This document shows, one piece after another, positions 50,801 through 64,000 of a stretch of 64,000 bases of DNA. The stretch is from Paragordius varius (taxonomy: Eukaryota > Animalia > Nematomorpha), in assembly GCA_964247055.1 (NCBI GenBank), contig OZ176053.1, positions 2,790,001-2,854,000 of the forward strand. The letters run 5' to 3'. Each line of letters begins with the position of its first letter. The stretch's first letter is position 1. The position numbers and the translations under genes were made by a program. A model generated the notes under the pieces. It had not been told where the DNA came from and made no database searches. It was given only the letters and a program-made list of their open reading frames with translations.

Positions 50801-53800
50801 TGTGTAATTTTCTTACAATAAAATAAAAAGGACTCTATTTGCAAAATAAATAATTTATAAATCATATGGACGGATATAAAAAATCTTTATTATATACTGG
50901 ATTTTTGATATGATTTTAATTTTGATCATATTATCATGCCATCGACTTCTTTTTGATTCTTTTTAAAATTGTATTTAACAAATTTTTTATTTTAAGCACA
51001 TTGATATAAAAGATAAAATTGTTTTAATTAAAACCTAAAATTTTTTTTATTTTACCTAGCAAATTAATAATTTTGTGTATTGTGCCGGGTAGAAAACATT
51101 AATAATATTTTAATAAGATATTTATTTGTCTTGAATCATATGTAAAAAAAGATGTATATTATTAAATATATATATTTAGAGTCGCCAAAATAGATTTTTT
51201 TATGTTGAAAATATAAATATGGATAAATACCATTAACTTTTTGAACATTTTTCCAAACAACTTTTATTCACGACGTCGATGAATATAGGAAAAAGCTTTT
51301 TAGCTTTAATGCCACGCGTAATTGTTTCTAATGAAATATAATGATATTTTTAAGAGCAAGTTACTAACTTTGAAAATTAATACTAAAGTATTAATGGATA
51401 TAATGATTTTTTTATGTATCTGTAGTACTTAACTCTCTTGGAACAAACTAATCCTTTGTAAGATGTGAAGTAACAAAAAAGCTCTTATATAGGCAGTTTA
51501 TCGATAAAAAATTTATGAAATATGGTGGATTTTTTAGACAATTTTTTTGGCAAACATATAGGTTTATTTTAAAGGATATTGAAAGATATTTAATTTCAAA
51601 TGCGACGATTTTAATCGAGTTAATAACTAAATTAGCCCTTAATTTAGACTTTTTTTAAATAAAAGTCCACAAAAATCGTGTTTTTGAGACAATTGAAAAA
51701 GGTATATAGGCTAAATTTCAATATTTATTTTTTTTTCTTTTTCACAAAATATTTTGATTTTTTTGGTCCAAGTTATCAAATATAAAATCAGTAGTGGTTT
51801 TCTACCTAGTATAAAGTCACAAACTTTAATTATCCGCGAATAGAGCTCCACCCTCTGTAAAATTGTCTCAGCATATAACTATAACGTAGCTTTCTATTTA
51901 ATTTTCAGAAGTCGTGAGTCCACTTGTATTTAATAATTTGTTTTTCAATTAATTTCCGGTTAAATTCAAATAATCCAGTTTGTTTTATATCAACCGCTTG
52001 GCTTGGCGCAACTAGGGTTGTGATTTTGACCCCCTTTTTTGAAAAAGGGGGTCAGACCTAGGTCCGACCTAGGTCTGACCTAGGTCATACCATATGTTAT
52101 TCCCAATAATAAATAACTACACACATAAATATTTGATTAAATCACATAAAAAAGGTTTTTACATAAAGTATATATTTTTTTAAAATTATTTCACCAATAC
52201 TAATAATTTAAATTTCTAAAATTGACGATCTTTTCTGGAAACATACATAAAGACTTATAGAAAATTTCAAATCACAGAAAGCTAAGACTAAGAAAAAAAT
52301 ATGGATATATTGAAACCTATGCTCTAATTATTTAGATTGTGTAAAAACGAGTCCTTGTCCATGAACTTAACGTTAACTTAGGATGGTTCAAAAAAATTTT
52401 ATACTTGAAAATTTTTTATACGATTTATTAGATTTAATATATAATCGTGCTCACTACATTTAAAATTTCAGTAATCTTATTAAGTTTAATATATTCTTTA
52501 ATCAAATTATTTAAAATGTGACATTGGCATTTATGCCATATTATTTTAGGATTTTCTTTATTAATCAAATTTTGAGCAGCCTTCATGTTCGCTGGAATTA
52601 TCGGTCACAATGGCATTAATTTTTAAATTTCAAATATCTTTTATTGGCTCCATTACGTGATAGAAACATTCGGCAGTCTTATTATGATAAGATGTGTCAT
52701 AAAAAATGATTAAGATCCTTGGCCAATAAATAATATTAATTTGCTTCCTACGAATATTGGTAAAGGGATCGACGATTAATGAAATATTATTTTTAATTCC
52801 AATAACTTCTATTTTTATATCTTCATAACACGAATCTATTAATTAATTGATCTGTTTTCTATTTGGAATAGCATAATTAGGTTTAAACTATGAATGAAAC
52901 TCCGTAAATGTTTATTTTCAACTATGTTAAGAGTTGAGGATGTAAAAATAAATTTTGCTAAATGTTTCTGGCTAATTTCTCTTAATAACAGAAATTTTTA
53001 AGACTAATTAAGAAATTAAATAATTAGATTTGCTTTCGACCATCACCCTCTGTAATTTATTTCATGAACTTCTTTTAGATGTTTCTTCATTCGGTTTTTA
53101 TTTATATATATATATATAGTGTAGTTGCATTTCTTGCATGTAACTTGATTTTTTTGATCGAAAAATTTTCACAAGGCTGATTTCATTATAATTTAGGAAG
53201 TAAAGAAAAGATGTGTATCATATTATATTTAAAACAAAATAATACATATATAGATACTATAAGGTTTTGTTTTCCTAAAAATTGTAAAATTAAAAAAATA
53301 AAAAATTAAAAAAAATAAAAAAAATTGACCTAGGTCATTTTTTTTCGTGGTCATGACCCTAGGTCATTGACTAATTGGCACAACCCTAGGCGCAACCTTT
53401 CCTAAATAAGTCATCATAGAAAACTAATGTGCGTATCCTTAAAGCAACCTTATGAAGTAATATCAATCATGGTTTTGTAAGTACCCGTATAATGGCAAAT
53501 TACCATTTACAATTCAAATTCACCCTTGAATAATTCAAATTCACCCTTGAACAATTCAAATTTACCCTCGAACAATTCAAATTCACCCTTGAACAATTCA
53601 AATTCACCCTCGAACAATTCAAATTTACCCTTAAACAATTCAAATTTACCCTTGAACAATTCATAATATATATGTTTTTTAAGATTAAAAATTACCTGTT
53701 TTATATATATTTAAAAATAAAAGTTTTGTTTTATATAATAATAATACTGAAAAAGTAATTAACTATGCCATAAAAATATATTTCATATTAATAATAATGA

Positions 53801-56800
53801 GTTATATTAGTTCGAAAACACAATTTGTTTTTAGGGTAAATTTGAATTGTTCAAGGGGGAATTTGAATTGTAAATGGTATATTTTGGCTAACTTCTGGGT
53901 TAAGCCCCACATTTATTACGCTAAAATTTCATGTTATTTATATATGGCATATATCTTCTTGATACCCTTTATTCACACGTCATACCTTTCAAAGTAATTT
54001 TGTGTCGAGTGATGATTTTAAGATATAATTTCTAACGAAAAAACTGGTATATAAAATAGATCTATGAAATATTCCTTATTGTATAGATTGCAAGCAACTG
54101 CACTTCATATTTAAGAATGCTGCAATTGCAAAACAATTGACCACTTAAATACAATAAAGAATATTTTAATCCATTTATACATGTGCTGAAAGAGGTCTTC
54201 TAGTAATAGGCGTTTTTAAATAATCTATGAAAATTATTTTCAAGCAATTCCCAGAAAACGGTAAGGAGACCTATTCGAAATTCAATCAAAAAATATTTTC
54301 TTTCATTCCTTATGAATATAATAATTTCAATTACTCAATCTTTATAACTCTTGGAAAAAAACAAATTATTTCGACCAAATGACATCGGCGCGTGATGGCA
54401 CAATTAGGATATATTATGTAATGAATTACAGTAGCGTATGGCATAAGACAATATTAGTCCGTAAAAGAATATAAAAATGTTTTTTAAAAACAAAAAACAA
54501 GGGGATATTATGGATATGAGTATATACAACTAGGTTTGTTTTTTTAAAAAAAGCATTTTTTCATTCTTTTCTGGACTAATAATGTTTTATGCCATGCGCT
54601 ACTGTAATTTATTTTAATGTCACACTTACTAAATGTGTAACATAAAATTTTAATGTACTGAGGCTACAGTAGCCTATGGTAGGTACTATGTCCATAAACA
54701 TAAAAACAAAAGTAATGGTAAAATAAAATAAAAAATATATTGCCTAATTTAAACTGTTATTATCATGCGTTATTAAATGTAATAAAATAAAATAATTTTG
54801 AGTTAGAACTATAAAGATGAGATTGGATATTGGTTTAGAAAAAATATAATAGGTTGAATGTTGGAATTCGCTAAATTTGAAATTAATTTACCGTATACAC
54901 ACATTGTTGGATAATTGCTAATATAGTTGCTTATATTATAAAACTAAAGTTAATGTTTTAAGAGAGGAATAAAATTGTAATTTGATTGATCCCTTGTTTT
55001 TTACCCATACACTACTGTGTTGCTGATTGGACAAAGTGCATGCTGTAATGTTATTTCAATCAAAATAATTAAGTTTTAAAAATCTGCAAGTACATATATA
55101 TGTCAGTTGAAATCATTTTATATATCAATATATATATTTTAATCCATTTAAGGCGGTTTATTAATCCAAACTTTCAAATTATTACTTTTTTTACAATAAT
55201 TCAATTTTTTTCATTTCAATCGCACGTAATAACACACAATAAAACTTTTTGTTTCGATAATAATGTGGTATAGATACATGTTGGGGTTAGCAGCTATCCC
55301 AGCTTTCATACAATTCTTAGCCTTCATATTTATGCCCGAGAGTCCGAGATGGCTCATTAAACGCGGGAGGGATGGACAAGCCAAAAGTGTTTTAGCCCAA
55401 ATTAGTGGGAGTGTTGATCAGGCCCAATCCTCATTCCAACAAATCAAACTTTCAATTCAATCATCAGCTGATTTGGAACAACAAAGGGCAAATACCTCTC
55501 ACCACGATACAAACTCTAACCAACAAGGTATGGCAAACGAAAACTCAAATGTTTTAAGAGTTTTATATAATAATTTTTCAAGTTAAATGGATTGAGTTTT
55601 TAATTTTAGCTATATAACAACAAAATTTCTTACATATTGATATTGTTAATTATCGTTTATTTATCAGAAAGCCAAAAGTTTTTGATGTAATAATTCGTTT
55701 TTTTAATATTAGGATTTTACGGTGATACATCTTTTATAAATATAGTTGTTATTATATCATTTTTTGTTAAATTTAGCATCCATTATCGTTCAAATATTTC
55801 GCAATCCATCGACCAGGCGCGCACTTTACTTGGGCTGTTTTTTGCAAATCATTCAACAACTTTGTGGAATAAATACTGTTATGTAAAAAAAATTATTATT
55901 ATTCCCAATTTATTTTACATAAGATAGTAATATTGTTGATATGGACCTTATTTATGGGCAATTTCAGTATATATAATTAAACTGTTTTAATAACAAATTA
56001 TAAAACTTTATAAAACTAATAATATGACTGTTATATGTACTAACTATGAATGTCGCATCATTTCTTGGAAATTTTTATTTATTTACATGTCAATTTAAGC
56101 AATTGACAATTGTATATTGCTTTACTTTACCTAAAATTACCCTATTTTACACACTGAAAATTGTATACAGGTACTATTCGGCCACAATCATAGAGATGTC
56201 CGGTGTTCGAGACAAAAGTATGGCCATTTGGCTTTCAGCTGCCACAGCGTTCGTAAACTTTTTGTGCACATTCATCGGTTTATATTTGGTAGAGAGGGTG
56301 GGCCGTAGAACATTAACTCTAGCAAGTCTTGCAGGTTTTTATTTGAAATACTCACACGAAATGAAATAATTATTTTTGAAATGTATTCATTGTTGAATAA
56401 TGTTAAAATTACTGGAATTTGGATATACCCATGTATAAAATTTTATTTTTTATTAATATTGTAAAAGGCTTAAAAGTATAGATTTACAATGAAAAAAAAA
56501 TTAATGATACAATATTTTTTTATTTTTTTCAAGATAAGTTAAATTTACTTATTTATTTTTTGTTTTTTGATTTAAAACAATAAGGTATAACAAATCAATG
56601 TTTATAATATACCCCAAAATTTTAGTCTTTAGTGTTACTTTTTTGTTATAATTTTAATTTTTACTGTAAAACCTTTTGAAGATTAATAAAATATCATTTA
56701 TTATACGAAAGGGTAATTAATAAAAGATATGCCTTGGCTATTTCAAATTTTATTTTATTGGTTTTAACTTTTATAATTATTTTTCTCAATCTAGGTGTCA

Positions 56801-59800
56801 TAATGAGTTTAGCTCTTTTGGCAGTTGGATTTCAGTTAGCGGCATTTTTTTCGCCTTCTATTACATATCACCCCGCTATTTTTGCCAACAATGTATGTGA
56901 CAAATACAGGTAGGTACATAATTTCTAAATTACAAAAACAATTTAAATGTTATCCAAAAATAATTGGTTTTTATTATTAAAAATGAAGGCTACATACATC
57001 TAATAAACCGTTTAAATTTTATATCATATATCAGTAATTATTTTTTAATAGTAATTGTTTTTCAAAGTTTTATATTTGAAATGAAATGTAATATAATTAT
57101 TTCCTTAGATCCTGTTCTACTTGTGTGGAAAATCGTGATTGTGGTTTCTGTTACTTTATGGAAGCAAGCATAGATCATAAACATCCCTTTATCATGAATG
57201 GCTCCTGTTTACCTGTGCTGAGAGATCCGTCAACACAATCGTTTATGAGTCAATGTTCTAATCATCAATTTGAAAGCCCAGTAAAAAAATAGTCAATATT
57301 AAACCCCATTTATTATCTATATTTGTTAACAAAGTGTGAATTTTAATTTTATAATTAGTATAGGTGTTGTAAGAAATTTCGATAATGTCATCCACAGACA
57401 AATGGGGAAAAGTTTTTTTCTTTATTACAAACATAATTTTTTATTTTTTGATATAGGTAATTGCTTAAACCCTATGAGATTATATTTATTAATATGATTT
57501 TAATTTAATGTAACGGTATCAAATTTTATCAAGTTTTAATAGTATACAATATGTTAGCTTTTTGATACTATTATACATAAACATTTTTTGGCAAAATTAC
57601 ATATATGTTAGGATCCCAAAGAAGGCGTCAAACATGAAAGACGTACCCGTGCTAATTCTGACGATAATAAGCGACGAGTATATATGAGCAGTCTTAACAT
57701 GCTAAATCTTGATATAGATGGTGATCAAAATTATTATGATAATGTTGATATTGGGAATGAATATTCCACCCAACAAGGCAAAGACTTAAATGTTAATCCA
57801 TCACTACCCTTACAAAGCGAAAATGATTTTAATATAAATGAAAATGATAATAAGCTTGAATGGAGCAATAATTATTGTCCAACACCCTATTATTGGATAC
57901 CGATTGTGGGATTGTTCTCTTACCTCTTCTTTTTTGCACCAGGTTTTTTCATATAAACCCTTTAATTTTGAAAAAATGCTTTTTGGGTTTTTCAGGTGGG
58001 TTTAATTTAAATATATTTTTGCATAGGTTTTTTAATATCCCATAGGTTTTTTTCTCTAAAAATGTGTTATGAATGGAAATTTAATCAGTACATCTATAAT
58101 GCTCTATAAAATATTCCGGTAATTTAATATGCTTTTATGTATTTATGAAGGATTATATTTATTTAAAGTTGATTGAGTCTTATTTACTTTACGCATTATG
58201 CATTATTTTAAAAAAGTTATGCACTATATTATTCCACACTCTAATGTTTATAAAATGTAATTAAAAATAGTCTCTTTACATTTGGGCCATTTTATTACAG
58301 GGATATATTTCTATTGTTGATGGGGATTTTTTACTTATAATCATTTGCAACATATAAAAGCCAACCCAAATTTAAAATATGAACAATTGGATTTGTGCCC
58401 AAGATACTTCGTGCTAGCATAAGGCATGAATTGAAATAACAGAAAGTTTTATTATATGGCGACTATGACATTTACTAAAATATATAAGTTAACGTGCAAC
58501 CGTATTACGAAAAGTACACTCAGTTATCAGTTTGATATTTTTAATATTTAATAAAATAGTTATGATTTAATTATCGAAAAGCAATAAGCCTAACAACATT
58601 TAAGCACGCACAGTAATGAAAATTCGTGATGTTTTATTTCTTATATAATGAGTTTATCTACTTGTTGTCAATAAAATTATGAAAAAAACACCCCATTTGA
58701 CATGAATGGCAATCAAAAAATTATGTCAAAACATTAATCAAATAATTATTAGCACAAAAACTATTGTCTTTTATTTTTTTTATATAAGGTTAAAAATTCT
58801 ATTATTAAAATATATATTATAAATAAAATTATTGCGGATAAATACTAATAATGAATATACAATAACTCCATATTACATTCCCGTTTTTAATCTATAATAT
58901 TTAAGGGTAAAAATTAATTTTATTTTTAGGGATGGGACCTATGCCATGGACAATTAATTCGGAAATTTATCCCATGTGGGCTCGATCAACTGGTAATTCG
59001 ATAGCATCTGCATCCAATTGGTTTTCAAACTTATTGGTATCAATGACATTCCTCACATTAACCGAAAGGGTTGGGAAACATGGTAATATATATACCATTT
59101 ACAGTTCAAATTCACCCTCGAACAATTCAATTTACCCTAAAATATGTGTTTTTTAAGGGTAATATGACCTTTATTTCATAATATTTTTAAAATATGATAA
59201 TTCTGTTTAAAATTAATATAATGCTGAAAAAATAATAAATTATGTCTTAAAAATATATTTCATATTGATGATGAGTTATATTATCCCGAAAACACATAAT
59301 TTATTTTTAGGGAGAATTTGAATTGTTTAAGGGTGAATTTAAATTGTTCAAGGGTGAATTTGAATTGTAAATGGTATATTATAAACTAAAATTTAACGGG
59401 TAGAAAACATATGTGATAATAATTTAACAAAAAAGAAAAAAAACAGTAAATTTTTGAATAAATCCATATTTGTCCTTATTTTTTTACCTCATTAAAATTG
59501 TTAGCGGTTTAATCTTCCCTGAACTACAAAGCATATTTTTAGGTATTATATGAAATAAGATGAAGAATGGTTAAATATTAGAGGTTTTTAGTCTGTCTTT
59601 ATTAAAAAACATGCATTTTGCTGTTTATTCCGTATTATGTATATACTCTGAATGACAAAAACCTAAAAAACGAATATAAAATTTTTAATTTCTTCACACA
59701 TATTTGTAATATGTTTATCAAAATTAGCCTATTATTTTGTAAAACTTATTTAGTGACATTCTGGATTTACACCGTATTTGCTTGTATCGGGTTTATTGGT

Positions 59801-60175
59801 ATTTATATATGGCTCCCTGAAACCAAGGGAAAAACATTGGAACAAATGGAAAATTTATTTTCGACACCATCAACCACGTTATCAACGCCGCAAACCAATA
59901 GCTCATCATCTAATGATAATGCAGGCAACGATAATAAAGGACATTATACATCCCAACAGGGTTACTACAAAAATTTTATAATGAATTTCTTTGGGTATCC
60001 TGTAAATTTTTATAAAAGCACTTCTCTGGCTTCTACATCTAACCCTAGTGTGGTAGGTATACTGGGCGGTGGTAACAAAAATCAGTCACCAGACCCCAAA
60101 AATGTTAAATATTTGCACGTTAAAAGTGGTATACGAACAAGCAAATTATTACAACATACTGATTCATCTGATTAA
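47872..60175 (+). CDS. SLC2A13: Proton/myo-inositol cotransporter (HMIT), MFS sugar porter, 765 aa predicted, 11 exons
   Basis: Exons 47872-48148, 48220-48363, 48731-48890, 55274-55527, 55777-55882, 56171-56334, 56795-56909, 57109-57280, 57612-57942, 58930-59082, 59754-60175 (2298 nt). Motifs: [48 protein letters not shown], Cys-rich loop [43 protein letters not shown]-terminal dileucine motif EQDYLL. Confidence 0.93.
48418..48692. mobile_element. Buster-type hAT MITE, in SLC2A13 intron 2
   Basis: CAGGGGTGTCCAACAC..CGCGGGCCG / CGCGGGCCGAGTGTTTGACACTCCG ends. Confidence 0.7.
49339..49502. mobile_element. Tc1/mariner-type MITE family B
   Basis: TA|CAGTAGCGTATGGC..ATTAGTCCATAAAAGAAT ... GCCATACGCTACTG|TA. 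Confidence 0.9.
50450..50598. mobile_element. MITE family B, reverse orientation, left TIR decayed
   Basis: Intact right TIR TGGACTAATATTGTTTTGTGCCATACGCTACTG|TA; the core is the reverse complement of the 49339 copy. Confidence 0.75.
52013..53388 (-). mobile_element. Deleted hAT element with DUF659-type transposase remnants, in SLC2A13 intron 3
   Basis: TIR TAGGGTTGTG / CACAACCCTA; perfect TSD GGCGCAAC (52005-52012, 53389-53396); subterminal GACCTAGGTC palindromes. Minus-strand [41 protein letters not shown] near 52490-52620. Confidence 0.9.
53501..53879. mobile_element. Foldback-like family copy
   Basis: TACCATTTACA ... TGTAAATGGTA; about 7 left and 2 right units of CCCTTGAACAATTCAAATT(C/T)A. 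Confidence 0.85.
54429..54604. mobile_element. MITE family B
   Basis: TA|CAGTAGCGTATGGCATAA ... TTATGCCATGCGCTACTG|TA. Confidence 0.9.
59093..59376. mobile_element. Foldback-like family copy, 10 nt downstream of an SLC2A13 donor site
   Basis: TA|TACCATTTACA ... TGTAAATGGTA|TA with 21-bp units. Confidence 0.85.
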
Positions 60176-61417
60176 ATAAAGATTTTAATTATATTTCTGT
60201 TTATATCCAATACTATCATGTAACACTTGATATATTATTTAATTTTATATTAAAACAAATTCTATAGAGAGTGAGGCAATAAATATTTTAGGTAGTTTTT
60301 TTACTACATATACACATTCACGGTAAAAAATTAATATATTTATGCAGACAAAAGGTAAAAACTAAAAGACAAATATTAATTTTTTAATACATTAACTATA
60401 TAATTACAATTTATATTATATAATGTCCCGATTTACCTCTTTAATTTTTCGTAACCTAAAACGATTTAAATTCAAAAATCAAGAATGAAAAATATGGTTG
60501 TATTTTATTAAAAACATATATTTGTCTTTAGTTTTTACAATTTGTCTCCTTCATAATATAAATTTTATTGTGATTGCCATATATTTTTATGATTACTTTT
60601 AGTGTCGTGAAGTTATTCCGTATCTCTGTAGTCAATGAAGTGAATGTGCTTGAATCAAATTATTTTGTGATAACATTCTGTTGATATATCCTATGTACAT
60701 TTGTGCAAGCTATTAGTATTACTGTATGGCAATTGATATGTATTTTATTATGTTGCATGAATCATATTTTATGTGGTGACTCTATAATAAATTATTTGCA
60801 TTAATATTTGCGGGTTAAAAATTAAACTTTTTTGACAATACGAATTTGCTATTTAATTAAGACATAATTAAGGTACTATTTTTATCCGCTATTTTTATAT
60901 TCATTCTTTCTAAATATTGAAATAAGGGAATCAGGTTTGAAAGCAAAACCGTTTTTAGGGATCTAGTCATTTATGAAATCGTTATTGATCGAAAATTATT
61001 GGCTAAAATACGGCTTTGTTATTATTTCAAACATTAATTTTGATTTTTTCGACTTTATGAAACTGTGCGGCAAAAACGGGCATCTAAATGTTCATGAATC
61101 ATATATGAGATAGCTAAAAGCTTTAGGATAATGCCTATCAAAATGACAAATGTGGTAAAAATATTGGAAAAATACTTAAATTTTTCTGCTATTAAATCAA
61201 AAAATGGTATTTATACAAGAAATATTGTACAATGTAGAAAAAGGCATCAATTAAATTTTATTCGTTAAAATGTAGCATGAGGATAAATATAAACGCAAAT
61301 TATCGATAAAACTTTTTTATTTTTATATAAAGTCAAGACTTACAATAATTTAGGCTTAAAAATCCACTTTGGCGTCAATTCCAATAAAAACTTTTAAAAA
61401 AATGAAAAACTCATATA

Positions 61418-61678
61418 TATCATTTAAACTTCAAATTTACCCTAAAATAAATTATGTGTTTTTAGGATTTAAAATACCTATATTTTGTTTATATTTTTAA
61501 AAAAATAAAATTTTGTTTAAAATTAAATAATACTGAAAAAACATTAAACGCCATAAAGATATATTTAATTTTAATGATGAGCTATATTGGCCCGAAATTT
61601 CATAATTTATTTTTAGAGATTTGAATTATGTAAGGATGAAATTGAATTGTTCGAGGGCGAATTTGAATTTAAATGGTA
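61418..61678. mobile_element. Foldback-like family, decayed copy
   Basis: TATCATTTAAA ... TTTAAATGGTA ends; same internal sequence as the 59093 copy. Confidence 0.75.
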
Positions 61679-61964
61679 TGTGAGATTTTTTTTTGATCAT
61701 TTGGACCAAAACAAAATGATCGTATGGTTTTAACAATTTTATATATTGCAATATTTAGGCTTACAAATCGATGCAGAAAAATACATCTATGTTAATAAAT
61801 ATTTTGGTATCATTATGGATATTTATTAATAAAAACTGAGTAGATAGATCTTTTCTGCATTGAATAATGAAGTATTTATGTATATCCAATGTTTTATAAA
61901 AATTATACGTTACTTCTGCTTATGGCGAAAAACAAAAGATTTATTTTTATATTTTAAACGCGAT

Positions 61965-62168
61965 ATGGCGCCCCCCTGCCCCTCCATGCAACATCTTGCA
62001 TTCTGAAATAATAATCAAATTCAAGCCTTACTCATAAAATTTTTTATATATTGTTTAAAAAATAAGTTTTAAAAACCTATTTTTTTGAAATAAAATAAAA
62101 AATTTTAAATCCGGCACCCGTTCAACCATGACGTCCGGAGCATCAGCCCTTCTTTAACTACGCCATTG
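61965..62168. mobile_element. Remnant (right end) of the 20259-type MITE
   Basis: AAATCCGGCACCC..CATCAGCCCTTCTTTAACTACGCCATTG resembles 20455-20518. Confidence 0.45.
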
Positions 62169-63378
62169 CTAATGAGAGATATAATTGCGATTTTTTGATT
62201 TCGGATAATAGTAATTTTTACTATTATTATAATGGCATTTATAATTTCGCTATTAAATCGAATCTATATTTTGCCAAATTATTTAACTTTTAATCGAATA
62301 TGTGGAGAACAAAAATTTTAATATCTTATTTTGTCCAACTATTTAATACCCATATTTTATATTATACTACTAAAAGTTAGACAAATTATTAAAGTATTAT
62401 GATGCTTTCCTAAAATAAATGATAAAAAATTTCAATTTTCCAAGACCAGAAAATGGTTTTAATATCGATTTATTGTCATATATATATATATATATTCCTA
62501 CGAAAATCACTTTTTATAATATTTTTGGGTATTCGTGTAGCACAATATAAAGTTTGGGTGTGAAATGAGTGGATAATTTTTTTAAAAAAAAAATTAACAA
62601 TTTATGAGAAAATTCTTTAAAAATTGATTCCAATATCATTCGTAAATGAGAAAAAAATAAATGCAAAATATATAAAATTACATAGAAATAATTTAAGGCG
62701 AGGTAAACATAAAACTTTAAAGGGCGTATACGGGAAAAAATATATGATGCAATTATAAAATGAATAATAAAATCGCAGTAGTATTTAAGTAGTTTGGATA
62801 GATAAAGGCTAATAGGTATAAATATTGTAAATCGATATCGTAATTAATAAGCCAGGAATGGTCGTATTTAGGTATTTACAAAAAAGATAATAAAAATGAA
62901 AATGTGAAAAAGTTTTTGATTTTTGTTTTTTGTGTTCGCGATCCATTAGAATCTTTTGAAAAATGCAGCAAATTAAGTGTAGGGTCCTTAGATATTTTTA
63001 AAAAAATGCCCAAAATTATGGTATGTTATGATAAAAGGGACGGTAGGGTTTTGTACAAAAATGATGTGTATATATAAATAAATATATTAACAATATATTT
63101 ACAAATTATATGTATTTTTACACATATTTTGAAGAAGTAAAACAAAAAGTTTAGATAAAGGCATTTTCATTTTTGATCAAAATTTTTTGGCGGTAAGAAG
63201 TGTATTTGTACATACATCAATGGTATAGAGAAAGGTAATTAATTTGGCTATTAACTTTAAGCGGAACAATCGCCAAATTTTATAGCTAACTATGTGGTGT
63301 GTGATTTTACATTAGTCAACATATTATTGACCAATTAAAAAAGGAGAACGTGTAAATAGGGTAGTGCACTTTATAATA

Positions 63379-64000
63379 TTACATAGATTCAAACATATCA
63401 ACTCGCATTTTAGTGTTTCCTTGACGGATTTGTCGTAAAGTCTTATACTTATCTCTGCCCTGTCTGACATTTTCTGTGTGAATAAGGTCGTTTGTTGTAA
63501 TCTTTTGTGTATCTTGTGAACTAGCTAAGTCAGCACCCAAGGACTAAAAAAGAATTATTCATATATTAAAAATTATTAAAATTTTAAGCCAATAAAAACT
63601 CAAAAGTTGATATAAACACCTTAGTATATCAAAAATACTTTCTTTAACAAATCAAAAATAAAAATCAAATGACATAATTAAATATATTACAGACTATTTT
63701 ATGCAAATTTAACTTGTATATCTTTTAAATTTCAATATATATAATGAATATTATTAAAATTATAAAAATTTTATTTATGTTATATATAACTACGTATACT
63801 TACCAAATATTATGACCTAAAAAGGATTTTAACTAAAGTTAAACGACCAATATGATCTATAATTATATAATTATATACGCACTTTTAATTGCGACTGAAT
63901 TTTTTCGTTTTTCTCGAGTTGAGTTACACGATATTCCTCCTGTCTATACATTTCATCCGTCATCATGTGTTCATTGTAATTCAAATCGGCACCAATGTGA
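63379..64000 (-). CDS. MSN: Moesin/ezrin/radixin (ERM) protein, last two coding exons; the gene continues beyond the window
   Basis: Exons 64000-63883 (..[19 protein letters not shown]) and 63543-63379 ([54 protein letters not shown]), joined by a 339-nt GT-AG intron. Classic ERM actin-binding tail with the regulatory Thr (KYKTL). Not in the ORF track. The symbol indicates family, not strict orthology. Confidence 0.92.

Noticed and set aside
55263-59753. ORF-track starts and ends of the transporter pieces as separate genes
   Set aside because: They are exons of one gene read into flanking intron sequence.
1-64000. tRNA, rRNA or snRNA genes
   Set aside because: None recognised by eye; tRNAscan-SE and Infernal would be needed to exclude them.

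Overview
AT-rich eukaryotic (metazoan, probably a fast-evolving invertebrate) genomic window; the exact lineage cannot be established from the sequence. Bases 1-20.5 kb are a DNA-transposon graveyard: nested hAT elements of several lineages, Helitrons, MITEs and LINE fragments. Four host genes follow, all modelled by manual translation and splicing. (1) A very long, intron-poor TRRAP/Tra1 (+, 20915-38408, 5 exons, 5002 aa). (2) A convergent 21-exon SRP72 (-, 47770-38637, 767 aa), mostly invisible in the ORF track. (3) An 11-exon H+/myo-inositol transporter SLC2A13/HMIT (+, 47872-60175, 765 aa), whose ATG is only 101 bp from the SRP72 ATG. (4) The last two exons of a moesin/ERM gene (-, 64000-63379). 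The most striking signal is that the first five SRP72 introns are only 30, 24, 23, 36 and 28 nt long. Three of them must be removed to keep the frame, yet other introns in the window run from 68 nt to 6.4 kb. Other notable items: a Blackjack-type hAT carrying an inverted, deleted copy of its own transposase (potential hairpin RNA), a foldback-like family with palindromic 21-bp tandem-repeat TIRs, and weak 5' splice sites. No rRNA, tRNA or CRISPR array was recognised. All homology calls come from remembered family motifs, not database searches.
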